Source: Trichosphaerium sp. ATCC 40318 (lineage: Eukaryota > Protista > Tubulinea). From it: a DNA stretch of 64,000 nt. This document shows positions 1-13,929 of the stretch, piece by piece. Positions within the stretch are counted from its first letter, which is position 1; each line of letters opens with the position of its first letter. The DNA is taken from positions 1-64,000 of the forward strand of contig JALMLS010000397.1 of the NCBI GenBank assembly GCA_038496445.1, written 5' to 3'. The notes under the pieces are model-generated. The model was given only the letters and a program-made list of their open reading frames with translations, was not told where the DNA came from and ran no database searches. The position numbers and the translations under genes are program-made.

Positions 1-1767
1 CGTTAGTAAAAATGATGATTGTCAAAGACTTTTTAACGCACTTGAAGAGCAAGCTATTGTAGGCTTAGCAAGTGATATTGAATTACTTTCTATATCAAAT
101 ACAACGTAATAGTTATCAAGAAACAATTTACCAAAAAGAATAGTATCACCACTCAATCCCTAAACACAAACCCAGTGAGAATTTTTTTCAAGTAAAAAAG
201 CAAAGTGATTTTTTGGTTTTCGTTGGTTGGCTTTCTAGTGTTTCTTCGTACAGTGTTTGCTAGTGACTCTATCGTGAAGCGACGACATGGTTTATTGTTA
301 GAGCCAATTTTGTGTTCGAAATACGCAGTTGGTGGTAAATTAAACGTATGACTTTGATTATCTCCATATTGAAGTGTCACATTAATTTTTGGGTAGAAAA
401 GAAGCAACTCCTTGTCTCCAACTTCCATACAAAAATCACTGTGAAAGATATTTTTATCATCTTTTATTGGCTTTCCAGTGTCTATGAAAGAGGGGAAAAA
501 ATTAGTAAATGTAGAATACAGAAGAACGTCCTAACGCACAATCGCAAAGTCCTGGAATTAGACCTGTACATAGACCAAAGAAATAATGTTTAAGTGCTTT
601 GTATACACCACTAGGTACGTATATAGTTCTACTTGTATCAACAATACCTGTGTATACGCTTCCAGATAAAAGAGATCCTGACAAAGAAGAATAAAAGTTA
701 ATTAAACGTTTTTTTGTTACAAAAACGAAATTATTGAATAAGAATGGCCTTGTACCTGCGTCTCCAAAACCAAATGATGAAACTTGCACGTTGTATGAAA
801 CAGTATCCTTTTCCATAGGAATGGTAATAAAGTCTCCTGTGTATAATTCTTGTGATGGCTCACCAACTACAAATACACCACCAGTAGTACCTTTTCTTTT
901 GTGTTAAAAAAAAACCAATGTAAAACATAAAACTATTTGTTGCTTGACTGTACCTGTACAAATAGAAAACGATTTTTTTAATCCCACTTCAAAGAGGGAA
1001 GATAGTGGATCTGTAAGACTAGGTCTCTTCTTTTCAGCTAAAAATACATAAGAACACGTGATTACAAAAATCTTTTGACTATTTTACCTTTTGTTTGACC
1101 TAATCCCCAAGAACCATCTCGTACAAGGTTCCAACTCCCTTTTGTTTCTTCTGTGTACGCTATAAATGAAGAATGCATATTTAATCCGCTTATACGAACT
1201 TCATCAGTCACATAGACGCCTTGGAGAAGGATTGTCAGATAAATGCTCTCGATTATTTGAAAATCGAATAAATCGGTATTTGTTGAATTTTGTACCTGTA
1301 CGTTTTGTGCCGTCTGTGTACGTCCTAAGAGCTCCACAGTATTTTTTATTGTCTAATTCAATTGATGAGAAGCAGTTATTAAGGCTGTAAGGTTCAATTG
1401 TTGCGTTTGAGTCTTTGTAGTTGTAAAGTTGTGATAAATGACTACAGGTGCTTTGCGGCTATGAACCGTGAGTGCCAGGGTAAACGGGGAGGTTTCAGTA
1501 ATACCTGCGAGGCGCAATTTAAACCGGCAACCAAAAGATCAGAGGTCGTTGTATCCTATAAATTATAAGCAAAACGAGCGGTTTATGAGCGCTTCGTGCA
1601 ATTGTGACTATGTACTCTTCATTTCCTATATTTATGCGTGTAATGTAATCATTAGAACCTCCCCACAACGGTAGCTCTATTCTCTGTCGCGTAACGTTTG
1701 TCCCGCTTACAACACCCAAAATGCTTATAAGCATCGCTGTTGCGATTATTACGCTTGTGTGAGCCAT
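1..1767 (-). CDS. Pepsin-like (A1) aspartic protease, secreted, multi-exon; 3' end runs out of the window
   Basis: Signal peptide MAHTSVIIATAMLISILGVVSG. Spliced first lobe YITRINIGNEEYIVTI|DTTTSDLLV, second lobe TGIVDTSRT, C-terminal ILFGKLFLDNYYVVFDIESNSISLA, all typical of A1 proteases. Confidence 0.85.
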
Positions 1768-1911
1768 GTCGTTGGGGTTCCTTTGAAAATCAGAACGATT
1801 GTTCAACCGAATTAGTTTGAACGAATTTTTAGACTTTTTGCGATTTTGTGGAGTTTGTAGGTTGTTTGCCGCCAACGTATCCATATTGCTAACAGCGGAG
1901 TTTCTGCTACA

Positions 1912-4900
1912 ATGGAAGCTATTTTACAGCAATTAATAGAAGCATGCACGAGATTTGCTGTATGTTGTATCTTAACCGTCAGTACCGTTAACCCATGCGT
2001 AGAAAAGCCCTACGCAGGCCAATGAGCAATATTTGGTTCAATTCAGACAGAATCATAATCTAGAAACCTATCAGTTCGTCTTAGGTTATTATTAGAGCAT
2101 CAGAATAACTACTGTATTGCTAACACTTGACAGAAAACTCGAATCATCCCCTGGCTAAATTTCAAGCTGTTCAAGGACTTCAATACAATATACTACGTAA
2201 CTGGTATGCCTTTTGATCATCAGATCAGCTTTGTAACCAAAAAATCTTCAGGTCGACCCTGACACCGGAAACTATCGTTCAAATAAGAGATTACTTACTG
2301 ATTAGTTACCTATCAACGCCAAAGTACGCAATAACAATTCAACGATTAAAAAACCAAAATCCTTTGGGCCAGCGCTCTATCATTTACTCTACGTGCGCTT
2401 TGTTGTTTACCGGGGTCTTTTTAGTGTACCGTACATGATTAAGGCTCAGGTGATACGTCTTGTTGCTGTTATTTCAAAACGAGCTTGGGTGACAGACTCT
2501 TGCGATACAAATGCTGTCACGCAAGGAATAAAAGCGTCATTGTTTGAAAAAATAACCCTTCTGATTAATGGATCAGATGTTGAAGCAGTAAGTAGTGCCT
2601 GGATAGAAAACCAACCGTTTTTTTTGAAAGTATAAAAACGTGCCCTGATTTAATCTTTTAGAAACTCATTTGTATGACCTTATGTTACGAGCTAGTAGTT
2701 CAGTTTGGGTCTGTAAAACATTTATCTGAGCTTGGTGCACCTTGGGAATTTCATCAAGCAGCGTTCATAAGCTTTGAGGTAACGAAACGTCGTACTTAGT
2801 TTTTTGTAAATTATTCCTTAGAATACTTCTTTGAAGCAAATCTTTCTCGTGGCGACTACTCTCATGTCACAGCTTGTTCAAGGCGGTGCTCAAGTATTTA
2901 ACTCTGAGCAAGGGAATACTTTGTTCACACGTACACTTCGTGTTATCACAGAATGTCTTTCTTGGCCATTTGGTAATCATGGTATGTCTTTTGTTTTTTG
3001 TTTGGCTGTCATCTTTTTTGTGCCTTCTAACGTTACTTAAAAAGGGTCTCTCGTTGGATTGAAATCATCTACGCATAGTAAAACTATAAAACCGGGAGCA
3101 CAATGGCGTGATGTGCTAATCAATAACTCTCCTATTGAGTTGTACTTTACTGTGCGCTTTCTTCTTTTTCATCTTTGTAATTATAACTTACAACCCTACA
3201 GCTATATCCTCTTGTAAGACCATACCCGAGGTTGGCTTCTATGATATGGCAAGGTATTGAGCAATTGGCTTCAGTAAGTGGCAAGATATTCACATCGATA
3301 ATGGAAAAACAAGTATACGTCACAAAAATAATTCACGTGATTCACTCCATAATGTTCATGTACAATAGTAATAACCAATACATAATTTTAATATTTTTTA
3401 TTAGGCAACCACCTTCTGCAGAAGAGGCTAGAGGTGTTTCTTCTATAATTATGAGGCTATTGTTTAATTTTGATTCACAACAAGTCATCGCTAAATTACC
3501 AGATGGAATGAGCGACACTTTTATTGATAATATTGCAAAGTTTACTACTGGTTGTTTGAAGAATATGTACACTAGTACCTATGAAAATGATCAGTTATTA
3601 TATACAGAAGCATTTGATGCTTTATTAGAAGCTTGGACACTCTTGAGTGCGTACATATAAAAACTCTTGAAAAGCCTCAGTTTTCTTGTTTTTTTCTTGT
3701 TTTTTCTTTTAATGGTTCCACACCAACTAAAAGTATTTCATTAGTTAGCGACTATACAATTATGGAACCTAATAAAGTGAATCCGTACATCAAGTATACG
3801 CGTACAATATTTACAACATACGTTGAAGCACGACTTCTTTTATCAAAAGCCAATATTCAACGTAACTCAATTGATGAACAAGAACAAGAGCCTTATGATA
3901 AGGTACTAAAAGAAACAACCCATATTTTTGCTTTATACTATTCTTTACTGTATTTTTTCAACGCTTCAAGAGCTCACCAGCTTTAAAAACAAAGGCTCAC
4001 TTTAACCAAAAATGTGACTAGTTGGCTTTGACACATTTTAGATGTACTTTGATGATCAGCTTCAATCTATTGTGCATATTGGCAGGTTAGATACAAAAGA
4101 CGCAACCAATAATTTACATGGTCGCGTTACCCAACTCCTTGACGAAATGACTGGACACGTACAAGCAGGAAGAGGTAACAAACAAAACAGTTTTTTTATT
4201 ACTAAAATGAGTAGTCTTGGAATTTGTTGGTGTTGTAACTCAGCTTAAATGGATATTAAAGATCAGTGGCCATTTGCTTACTGTAGATAAACATGAATCA
4301 CCTCAATTACCAGTACAAATTAGACAAACATCCTTAAATGCAGAACGACAATGTGTACGATTTTATTTCCATCTTCACCTTTTTTTGTTTCACTTGTCTT
4401 AATGTTTGTGGTAGGAAGAAGATCCAATTATACGTCTCAATACCGCGTTATTTAGAATAGTTAATCATGAGAATCAATGCATAAGTAATAAACAGGTATT
4501 TATTTTGCAACAAGTGAGAGTTAAAGAGTAAAACGGCAACTACTTTTTTTTTTTGAAACACGTGCTCTTTTTGAAAAACCCCGAATGTTCTGTTTGTTCT
4601 GACTCCTTTGCTCTAGATTAAGAAGTATTGGATTAAGTATATGGAAGGATCTGTCGGTTGGTTCTTAAAGCGATGGTCACGTGTTTTCTTGTACTTAGAA
4701 CCAACAAGATTCACCAGCTCTGCTTTAATTCAAGCATATGGTAGAACAAGTGCAGGTGCTAGTTTACTTTACTAGCGTGTTTAAAACTCACACTTTTGTA
4801 GAAAGTACAAAGCTCCTTGATTTTCTCATAAGCCAGATACATAAAACGTTATGTACAGTGAAAGATGAGTTAACTTTAGACGAGGCACGCAGCTTCTCTC

Positions 4901-7159
4901 TTGTTTTTTTCCCATGCAAAACCTGGTTTTCTTGGATTGGAGACTCTTTTGTTGTAACAAGTGTCCTCAATTTCATAAATGGTTAAACCGACAACATGAA
5001 AAAATTTGACACAGATGTTACTCTTTTGGTTAACTTGTTTTGTAGACTTGTCAGTTTCTCTTATCACTATCAAAGTTACATATACACGCTGGAAGACTGG
5101 CACAGTTACCTAACTGGGCTAATCTGGTTCAATCACATACCTCAGATACACAAGAACTATCATTATTGCCTTTAAAAATACAAAGGTACTCGGCACTAGT
5201 TTTGTTTAAAACTCCAATTTGGTGGGCGCTAACTTTGCTTAAAAGGCAATTTGTTCGAGCTATGATATCTTTCAGTCTTGGTGATACAAATGATAACCGC
5301 GGGGAGTACTTTCATAAAATTGTAGGACCAATTATCGTAAGTAGTAAATGTTTTTACTAAAAACTATCTTAAGAACGCGCTTTCTTCACTAACTCTGACA
5401 GACACGTTTTGGATCTATCATTCAACGAGGCGATTTTTTGAATATTGCAAAAACACCAGATGTAGTATCAGAAGTAACAAGACAACTAGAGGTAATGCTT
5501 AAGCATAAATAGAGTCGAAAACAAATTACAATACAGAACTTTGTTCTTATTTTTTTCTTATTTTAGCGTATTCGTGGTGTTGTACAAGGAGCAACAGGAA
5601 ACAATCACGGTTATGTTGTAAAGTGCCTAGATAATTTCTATAGTGCTTTTTCTGGGTTCATATCGATGTACAGAGGATTTCATGACGTGGTTTGGCGTGT
5701 TCTTTGTATCTACATGGATTTTGCACATTACGTGGTACTACATCGACCTTTTATTTGTTTTGACATGCCAATATTTTCGCAATACGTGCATGGTTGTGCT
5801 GCTTTTACGACATTTTTATTAAACTTCTTTTCAAAACTTTATCAAATTCCTCAAGAGCTTACACACTTGCACATGGTTGGTATTAATGTGAGTCGTTGAG
5901 CATTAGCGCAGTTTAATGTTTTCAAACTCTTGCTGTTTACAATTGTGTATCCATAATGCAACTCCATGAATCCTAACTTGTTTCTCTTCAAGATCGATTT
6001 TATTGAACCAGAAGAAGCAGTTCCTTACTTGGCATCTGCAAACAAAGTTTTACAGTCGTACAGTGAATGCTATATAGGTACAATAATACTTGTAAACGCC
6101 TTAAAAGACCGCTACTAACTTCACTATAGACTACTACAAGCAGAAACTGGATAGCAACGAAGCAAGAGAAGATAGATACCAAGAACTTAAGTCACTAGTA
6201 AAGTGGCTTAATAACTTATCTATATGTACACGTACACAACCAAGCGCTATAGATACAATATTCTTTGGATTGCAGACAACTATAGGATTGTTAAATCCTG
6301 ATTTACTCACTGTACGTTTAAATACGAGTGAGATACTTCATTGAAACTAACTTTTCTTTGTAAATAGTACAAGAAGATTAGTAATAACTTCTTTCAAGTT
6401 ATACATGCTATGTTTATATACCACCCTGATAGAATCGCTACTCTACCTACATCTTTATTCAATGCATTGATTGAAGCATTACGCTTTGGTCTCAAGCAGT
6501 ATCCACCAATTTCTTCTTTTTTATTGCCTTCAATGAAAGCGAGTCATTTGTACTCGGTTGAAAACTGATTAACTTATTTTTCTTAACATATATTCTAAGC
6601 ACTGAAGATCTTGTTGTACGAAAAGCACTTGAGAGTATCAAAGCGATTGCCCAATACAACTTTGAAGTTAAAACAAAAAGTAAGTCCAAAGAAAAACTGT
6701 TTTTGTTTCACGTTTACTTTTAAATAATCAAACGCTGACAATGTGTGAAGCTGGGCAAGAAGGTCTTCCACCGTCTCATAAACCTTTATTATCTGGGTTT
6801 GTAAAAATAATGGTAGAATTCATGTTATTTGACGAATTCTTCAACTTGGAGCACATACAGACTGTAGCAATCACTTTCCTTGCCCTCATGTGTTCTGAGC
6901 AGGTACCTACAATATTACTCTTCCAAAAAAAGTCACGTGTTTTATATACTTATCACATGGTTAGCATACATTTATGCAAGTCGTTCAACAGTTGATTGAA
7001 TCAAGAGATGAAGTTCAAACAAAAACAAGGCTTCAACAAGTATTTGCTACCTTAATGAATGGTACTGATATATCGCTACATTCTTCAAACAAGGATGCAT
7101 TCAAGAAAAAATTTAAAGACTTTATTGTAACAACAAGAAGCTTCTTGAGCCGAAAATAA
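1912..7159 (+). CDS. XPO4: Exportin-4, many exons
   Basis: N-terminus MEAILQQLIEACTRFA...LAKFQAVQGLQYNILRNW, internal EAFDALLEAW and YFDDQLQSIVHIGRL, C-terminus RLQQVFATLM...NKDAFKKKFKDFIVTTRSFL. These match exportin-4 as I recall it. Confidence 0.88.
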
Positions 7160-7369
7160 TAAAAAAGGTGTCATCTCAAGTGGCATATTATGGTTCACTA
7201 TGAAACTGTGGGTAGCGCATGAAAATTTTATTAGAACCTTATGGAGCTTCGGCGTATGTTTCTAAATGCCAATAAAAAGGTGGCTTATATGCTAGGTACT
7301 TTCAATATAGATGTATTTGTACTTATTTAGATAAATGGTAGACAACGTATTCCACCTGGAAATTGCTCA

Positions 7370-8830
7370 AGGTATACCACGTGATTTAAAACAAATAAGG
7401 TTTTATTGTATGGTAAGTATGTCGTGTGGAGTTTCAAAGCCTACAGGTCGCTTTGGTTATTTATTGCCATGGCTTCGTGATAGTACTATTAGGCTAGTTA
7501 GAGTTATTGCACTGTAATTGTTACTTCCTTGTCTCAGGCAACGCTGTGAGTGATTGTTACCTTAGGTAATACTGTGAGTGTTTGTAGCAACGCTGTGATT
7601 GTAGTAGCAGATACTCATGAACACTAACCCGATATCGCTTATGAAAAAGGTACTATGACGCAAAAAAGACTATATTTAACTACTTGGAGTAATGCTCAAA
7701 CGTGTTTGCTTAGTACAACTATGGCATATATACAGGTGCACTTGATTCTAGTACATTCCACCTTCAAATAGGCACACAAATTCGCCTACGTCCTATGTCC
7801 TCAAGGAAAGGGATATTGTTATAGTTCTTTTCGAAATGACAAGTCTTCTAAACTAACAAAAACCTGCAAACCTGCTTTAAAGGCATAATATTCTTGTAAC
7901 AATACAAGTATGACTGGCAATTGTTGGATTTTGTACGCAAAATGGTTCGCCTATACATACAAGTTAAAGTGATAGCTAGGCTTCTTACAACTAATTCTAA
8001 AGTACACTATCACAAATGAAAAAGTGCAAAGCCAAAAGCCATTTTTAAACAGAGAATTACGGAAAGTGTTTTGAACTAAAGTACTTCAACTTTATTTCGT
8101 AAACAACTTGGCTGCTCCTCATCATGATAAACATGCCACCTCTTATTTCTCTTCTATGTATTCTATCTATTAGCGCAGCTTTTGCGCAAGTTAGTAAGTA
8201 TTAAAGTCCACATGATATTAATTGAAAAAAAAAGGTGTTGGTGAAACAGGTCAATGTAAACTACTTGCTAATGGGCAGGACTTTTTTGCAATCGCTGTAG
8301 CTACAACCGGACCAAATGTGCTTATGTTCATTGTAAATGATGCTGATACAACACCAGGTACCGAGTATCATTTTTTTATCTCGCAGGTCATTTGCTGTTG
8401 ATGTTGATCCAGGTCAAGTTGACATCAATATCGTGTTTAATTCAGAGATGATTGTAGCTACAACCTTAGAATGTACATTTGATAATACACGTGTCGGTGG
8501 TAATACCCCTTTTATATCTCTTAATTTAACACCTGTGATAAATAGCTTCAACACTCGCTTCATCAACCATACATCTCGATCCACTGACTTTTCCAGATCC
8601 AAATACCTTCAGGTATGTCTTTTTTCTTGTGCTTATTTGTAACGCTTCTCGCAAGTCAACCATTGCCTCCAATGCAAGCTTCTTTGATAACTTTTAGCGC
8701 TGTGATAACCTTGGCAACACCAGAACCAGAAAGAGAACCTTGTAGTAGAAGATTATCTGAAACTTTAACCAATTATATGGATTCATAGTATGTACTTGAA
8801 CATCGTACATTCCTGTATCCAGATAGTATA
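7370..8830. repeat. Segmental duplication, copy A (inverted copy at about 49280-50840)
   Basis: Reverse-complement matches, e.g. 7534 ctcaggcaacgctgtgagtg vs 50591-50610, and 7900-8100 vs 50100-50300 nearly continuous. Confidence 0.9.
8124..8788 (+). pseudogene. Secreted protein of unknown family, copy A, with a 2-nt frameshift near 8384
   Basis: Signal peptide MINMPPLISLLCILSISAAFAQ and the same 3 introns as the paralog at 49317-50078. CAT TTT TTT ATC TCG C AGG TCA lacks 2 nt relative to the paralog's YLIAGRS. Confidence 0.7.
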
Positions 8831-8936
8831 CGTGCACAAAAATCAATAAATACTAGTACTACTAATATATCCTGTACATAGCGCATTTGAAATGAAGTTC
8901 TTGTCAAAGAAACAGGCCTAATTTCGACTTCTGTTT

Positions 8937-9593
8937 TATGGTGAAAGTAAACTGACTTTAGTTTTAGATGGTACTTTTTTATGAGTTCCCTATGTGACAT
9001 AGTAACTTATGTCACCAACGTGTTCTTTCAATTTCTAGTTGGTGACTATGTTGTGATAATATTCTGTTGGAAGGCTGATCATTGCACCGAAGTTTGTGTA
9101 AGATCAAATTGTTGTGTACTCATTGAAGTAGCCATCCTAAATGGCCACAGAATAAACTGTCTACTCCAATTTATTGTTAAATTCAGGTGTAGCCTTTGCA
9201 TATACGCAAAGGTATATACCTTAAAGGTAAATATCTCCGAAATAGTGTCACAAATTTATATCACTGGGAGGTAACAGAAATAAATAGAAGTTTACTTTTA
9301 ACTATTCTGTAAACAGTCTCTTTTCTCTTTTTTTTTCTATCTTTCTTTTTTTTGTTGTTGTTTTGTACCTTCAGATACTGTGCTGTGAGTTCCTTAGTTG
9401 CACCATAAATACTTCACTGGTAGGTTAATTAATGGGTTGCCCCGTGCTTTGCATACAACAAAAAAGATCGAGATACACTGCACTTACTGCTGCAGCTAAA
9501 AGTGAGTTCCCACTCTTTAGTTCAGCCTTTGCTATGCAAGTAGATGAAGCAACATCAGCTTGTACGACACTTTCTTGCTTTGTCACAGCCACC
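8937..9593 (-). pseudogene. Possible decayed spliced gene with in-frame stops
   Basis: Exon-like block VAVTKQESVVQADVASSTCIAKAELKSGNSLLAAA bounded by cag| and |gtaagt. The next block starts with TGA and later blocks carry several stops. Confidence 0.3.
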
Positions 9594-10079
9594 TGAAATA
9601 CAACAGTATATCTGTGAAATGGAACTTATGGTACCACATGTCATATAATAGTAGCACATGACTCTATTTAAGGTAGTCAGCATACGTTTTCAAGTAGACG
9701 CTGTGATTGACTCAAAAAAATGCCACTATATCATGCTTTTTTCAATGCCGCTCCTCTTTGAGTACACAGGCACCAATGTTCGTGTGCTTGTTTTGCACTA
9801 TGTACTCAACGAGTTACATTAATAGCTCATATACCCCAGGCATAATACCTCAAAGTCAATGCACTTTTATTTATGTTCTAGTTTTCTTATGTTGTATTCG
9901 AATTCTGGTATTCAAATTGGGGTAATACTCATTGTTTGAGAATGCTAGCTGGAAGCTTTTGCTTCAAGCCCAATCTCCACACACAGTTTAAGACCCGCAC
10001 ACAATCAGTGAAAGCCCGTTGAACCCTTTTTAAAACCCAAGACCAACTTGACTTTCACCCACTTTTCGCCTTGACAACG

Positions 10080-10855
10080 ATGGAGGTAGCACCAGAGGTG
10101 ATTATTTGTTCGTATGTATTATTACTCTACTAGAAGCCAAACCAGCCTCAAACTGCGTTTGAAGCGTTTTTACATTATTACATTATTTTTTTAGTCTACA
10201 GCAGTAGTACCAAGGGGTATGCACTATTTTTCGCAAAATTGGGTCGCGGAAGAAATCACGTGATTTGTTGCCTTAAAGCACACGCATTTTACATAGAACA
10301 GCACATTTCTTGGTCTATTGTGGCTTCAATTGTCCAAAAGTAGTGCAATCCCCTCATTGGCACAACAATCGCTTTTTTTGTTTGTGATTGCGCTCAAAAA
10401 TACCACTTACTACTTCCATGCTTTACGGTTTGTCATCTCTAACATTTATACATAGATTCGGAGAAACTATAATTCTTTATGGTGACACAAACTCTTATGT
10501 TGAGCAATTTGTGGCTGAATTTCGAGAATTCTTTAACAAAACACAACATGAAGTTGTTGATACTAAAAAACTCAAAATTACATACGACCCAAAGAATGGA
10601 AGACACGTTATTTCTGGTATCAAGGCAAAGCATGCAATTATTCCTAGATACTATGATATATTTGCGATAAAGTTCTTTCATTCCAACGGATTTACTATTG
10701 CAACTCAAGCAATGGAATTCCGTTGTCGTTATATCACTTTCACTAAAACGAGTATGTGATTCTAGCAGGAGATGAACCTGCTCAATTACATTAAAGCAAG
10801 GAATAGGATTGAAGGACTCAAGTCACATTGTCGGGTTTTGTACTTTCAACAATAA
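10080..10855 (+). CDS. Hypothetical protein, multi-exon
   Basis: Exons join in frame to EQHISWSIVASIVQKFGETIILYGDTNSYVEQF...YFQQ*. The 5' exons are uncertain. Confidence 0.55.
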
Positions 10856-11502
10856 ATAAAAGTATAGATACTCCTTCTGCGATTTTATTGAACCATCACT
10901 GTACAAACCATTTTGAGGTGTGATGGGTTGCTAATAAGATGATACCTTTTACTTGTAAACCTCTTTCTTTTTACCAGCAACATAAAAGCTTTAGAACAAC
11001 TTGCTTCCTGTAATCCCAAAATTTGTATTTACCTTCAAATTCACGTTGACATTTTTGCAATGAACGCAAAATACAGTTGGTATTCCACCCCTTGTGCTCT
11101 TCATTGATACCGTTCACGAAATGACTATGCTCATCCAAATGAACATTGTTTGACTATTACATCACTAACTCCTACCAACCTGAGTTGAGTACAGCAACGA
11201 GTGATAGTTACCAAGAAGCGACAAGCGTATCTCGAAGAAGCTACCAGTTTTCAATCTTTCCGCTCTTTCTATTTTAGTAAATTTGAGTATCTAGAAGGTC
11301 GTTATACAAAATATCCGAATACACTAAGCGTCTTTATAAGCTATTGAGGGCTCTATTGGTTTTCGTATATTCCAAAAAGCGAACGCTGAGTCTTTCGGAA
11401 ATTAGAAGATAACGCGTAATCAGATGTTGTTTAGAATGGAAATAGAATAACTGATGGTTCATGTGTATGCAACAATAAAAATCAAATGGGTATTTATTAT
11501 TA

Positions 11503-12615
11503 CTACTGTACACTCAAACTTGCAGTAAAGCAAAACTTTCTTACTTTACGCTCACCACTAGGCTCAAGATTCTTATCAACAAATGTTACATTATTTTTAT
11601 CATCTATGAGTACGACAGTACTTGTGCGTGTACCATATTTTGTTTTACCCAACCCAAAAGAATCAACATAGATAGAAGAAAGAGGTTTCTCAATATTAAT
11701 ATCGCCAAAACCTAATAAGGAAGTTGAGTTAAAAAAATGAGTTACGCTTGGCTTATATTAATTATTACATACCTGTATCTGTTATTTTATCATCCGGTGG
11801 TTTAGTGCCATTCTCTAAAATAGCCATATACGGTTCCCAAGAAGTCGCTTTTGATTTTTCAACAAGGTCTTTGCCAGTCACTAAAAAAAAGGTAAACAAA
11901 ATTTCTTAGCGAATACAAGCTACTATGCTTATGTAGAGTGCTACAAAGAGCATAAACCAACTCTAGTGGCGTGTACATACCGAGTTTAGGCCACGGAGAG
12001 TTTAGTAAGTGGTTGGAAACAGCGTAAACCTAAGAACAAGTTAAGTTTTGTCTAAAGGATAGTCAAGTTCACGTACTTGTCCTTTTTTAAGCTTCTTTGG
12101 TACGTCGTCGGGATCTTTGTTTGAATAATACCATAGATTGTCTAAGTCACCAACAAAAACGTTATAGCCATCATAATCGTTTTTTTGTGATGCAAGGCGG
12201 CGTATAAATACGTCAGGAGACTCTGTGTTTCTTGTACAAGTTATTTTGGCTTTAGCAGCTGGAAACGTACTGTAAGTACTCTTTAACAAGAAGACCTCTA
12301 CTCTTCTTCTCTAGGTTAGACTCTGTATTGATTTTTTTTGGTTTGCGATAATTTGTTAACGCTATGAATTTTCCTTGTTTGGTAATGCCAAACCACGTTC
12401 CTCCGCGCACGTTGTCCTTTCCTAGCGCGTTGGGTTATGTAAAAGTCCCAACGACTTTAAAAAACGTCAATTCGCTTACCTGCTAATATTTGGCTATCTG
12501 TACCATCCCACCAGTGTACCGCCCGCGTAGAGCGTTCAATAAACTCATCTCTGTTGCCCAGGATAATGTATTTATAGCCAGTGTGGTAGCCGTATGAAAT
12601 AAAGTATATACACAT
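11503..12615 (-). CDS. TANGO2: TANGO2 / NRDE family protein
   Basis: MCIYF...ILGNRDEF, GGTWFG, ALTNYR, YGTRTSTVVL motifs. Confidence 0.92.
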
Positions 12616-12755
12616 ATTTATCTTAATGTGTTGTGCTGTTGCGTTGGTTTAAATCGTAAAATATAACCATAGTGACATTCAACTGAAGTCAAGAAGAACA
12701 GAATCACTGAAGCCTTTACAGGTTAATTAAAAACGAGAGAACCAACAAACCCAAT

Positions 12756-13753
12756 ATGCAAGATTACGCTATACTATTTGGAGACTCTTTAACTTCCGTT
12801 AGTTGCGTTTTGACTTTAATCTGTTAAATCGTTTAAACAATTGTGTAGTATTCGTTTAACGCCGAATTAAGCGGTTGGGGGTTAAAATTATGCTACAGAT
12901 ACGTTGGTAAAGTAGATGTGCGTAACAACACTTTAAATATACACTAACACGCACTTAGATACTTAACAGAGGGTATTCTGGTTACAATACAAGATGGGCT
13001 TTGCCAATTTGTGAAAAAGTCTTTCCACTAGACGCCAAACCTCCAAAATTCGTCACCATATTCTTGTGCGTCTTCAAAAAAAACAGTCTGAAAAAAATAT
13101 AGAAGAGTGCAGTTACCGCTTAGAAACCCAGGCTTTACTCTATAATATAGACACTAACGTAGTTTCTTAGTGGTGCCAATGACTCTTCGCCACCTTCTAG
13201 CGGACAATACGTGCCTCTTGAAGAATACGAAAAAAACCTGAAAGAAATAGTTACTTTTGTCCAAAAACGTTACACCAATGACCCTCCAGTTGTTATCCTT
13301 ATATCTCCTCCGCTACTAGACCAAGAGGTACGTCACGTGAGATATTAAACGATGTCAAGAGCGCTCTGGAAGTTGCTGCAGTCGTCGAAATGGAACTGAC
13401 ATTTCTAGGCTCACATCAATGATTGTAAAAAGAAAGGTTATCCCACTGAAGAGACAAGGACAGAAGAGAATACAAAAAAGTATGCAGAGGTAGCAAGAAA
13501 AGTATCTCAAGAATGTAATGTACCCTTTGTACCTCTGGCTACTATTATGAGTAACAAAGGCGATTGGAAAGATTTATTATGTGATGGTTTACATTTTTCG
13601 GCGGCAGGAAACAAATGCGCTTATAAAGCTATTTCAAGGGTCCTTAGTAGAGTACCAGCCCTTTTACCGGATAACATAAAGCATGATCTACCACATTGGA
13701 GCGTTCTAGCTGATAAAGAACTAAAAGACAGGGAACAGGCGAAAGAAAACTAA
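12756..13753 (+). CDS. IAH1: SGNH hydrolase, isoamyl acetate-hydrolysing esterase
   Basis: LFGDSLT, NRGYSGYNTRW, GAND and DGLHFS blocks. Confidence 0.92.
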
Positions 13754-13929
13754 AGTAAATAAAACCTGATCTTTTGGGGAAAGATTTACTTGCTAGCGGG
13801 TTTGTGAATCAAATATCTCGACCCAGTCTATTGTATTTCGTCAATGTATATTGCTGTCATATAGTACGGGTTTCTATTATGTACATAGCGTTGTTTATAA
13901 GTTCAGAAAAAGGGGCACAAGGAAAAACA

